A stretch of DNA of 64,000 nucleotides, taken from the IMG/VR virus record IMGVR_UViG_3300045988_113151; one strand, written 5' to 3'. A program made the position numbers and the translations under genes. Of the stretch, positions 63,990 to 64,000 are shown one piece after another (positions within the stretch are counted from its first letter, which is position 1; each line of letters begins with the position of its first letter). Origin of the DNA: a virus. Under the pieces are notes generated by a model that saw nothing but the letters and a program-made list of their open reading frames with translations, ran no database searches and was not told the origin of the DNA.

Positions 63990-64000
63990 AAATTACTAAA

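Noticed and set aside
1-64000. CRISPR arrays, integrase or att sites, rRNA, and hammerhead-type CUGAUGA...GAAA cores.
   Set aside because: No regularly spaced direct repeats and no recombinase motifs were seen. The few CTGATGA or TCATCAG strings lie inside ordinary coding sequence without the accompanying helices.

Overview
AT-rich double-stranded DNA phage segment with the gene content and order of a crAss-like (Crassvirales) Bacteroidota phage. Positions 1-25565 form a leftward (minus-strand) replication/early block: DnaG-like primase, SSB-like protein, an intron-split Sak4-like ATPase, DnaB-like helicase, family B DNA polymerase, an ECF-type sigma factor and many small ORFs. A divergent intergenic region spans 25566-26349. 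A rightward early/nucleotide-metabolism block follows at 26350-33360 (GroES-like protein, wHTH regulator, intein-containing ThyX, dUTPase). From 33403 come a CUA-anticodon suppressor tRNA and the packaging/head/tail/lysis genes: intein-containing TerL, portal, scaffold-like protein, MCP, beta-helix tailspike, two giant fibre genes and an M15 endolysin. This late module translates into full-length proteins only if TAG is read as a sense codon. By contrast, six leftward early ORFs appear to terminate at TAG. Mobile elements are dense: two LAGLIDADG inteins, one putative group I intron carrying an HNH gene, and NUMOD4/HNH and GIY-YIG endonucleases. The most unexplained feature is about 5.9 kb of ORF-free, relatively GC-rich sequence interspersed in the 11.6-26.4 kb part of the early block. 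It includes one 2 kb stretch, shares short conserved blocks between segments and contains degenerate tRNA-like elements. No rRNA, CRISPR array or integrase was seen.
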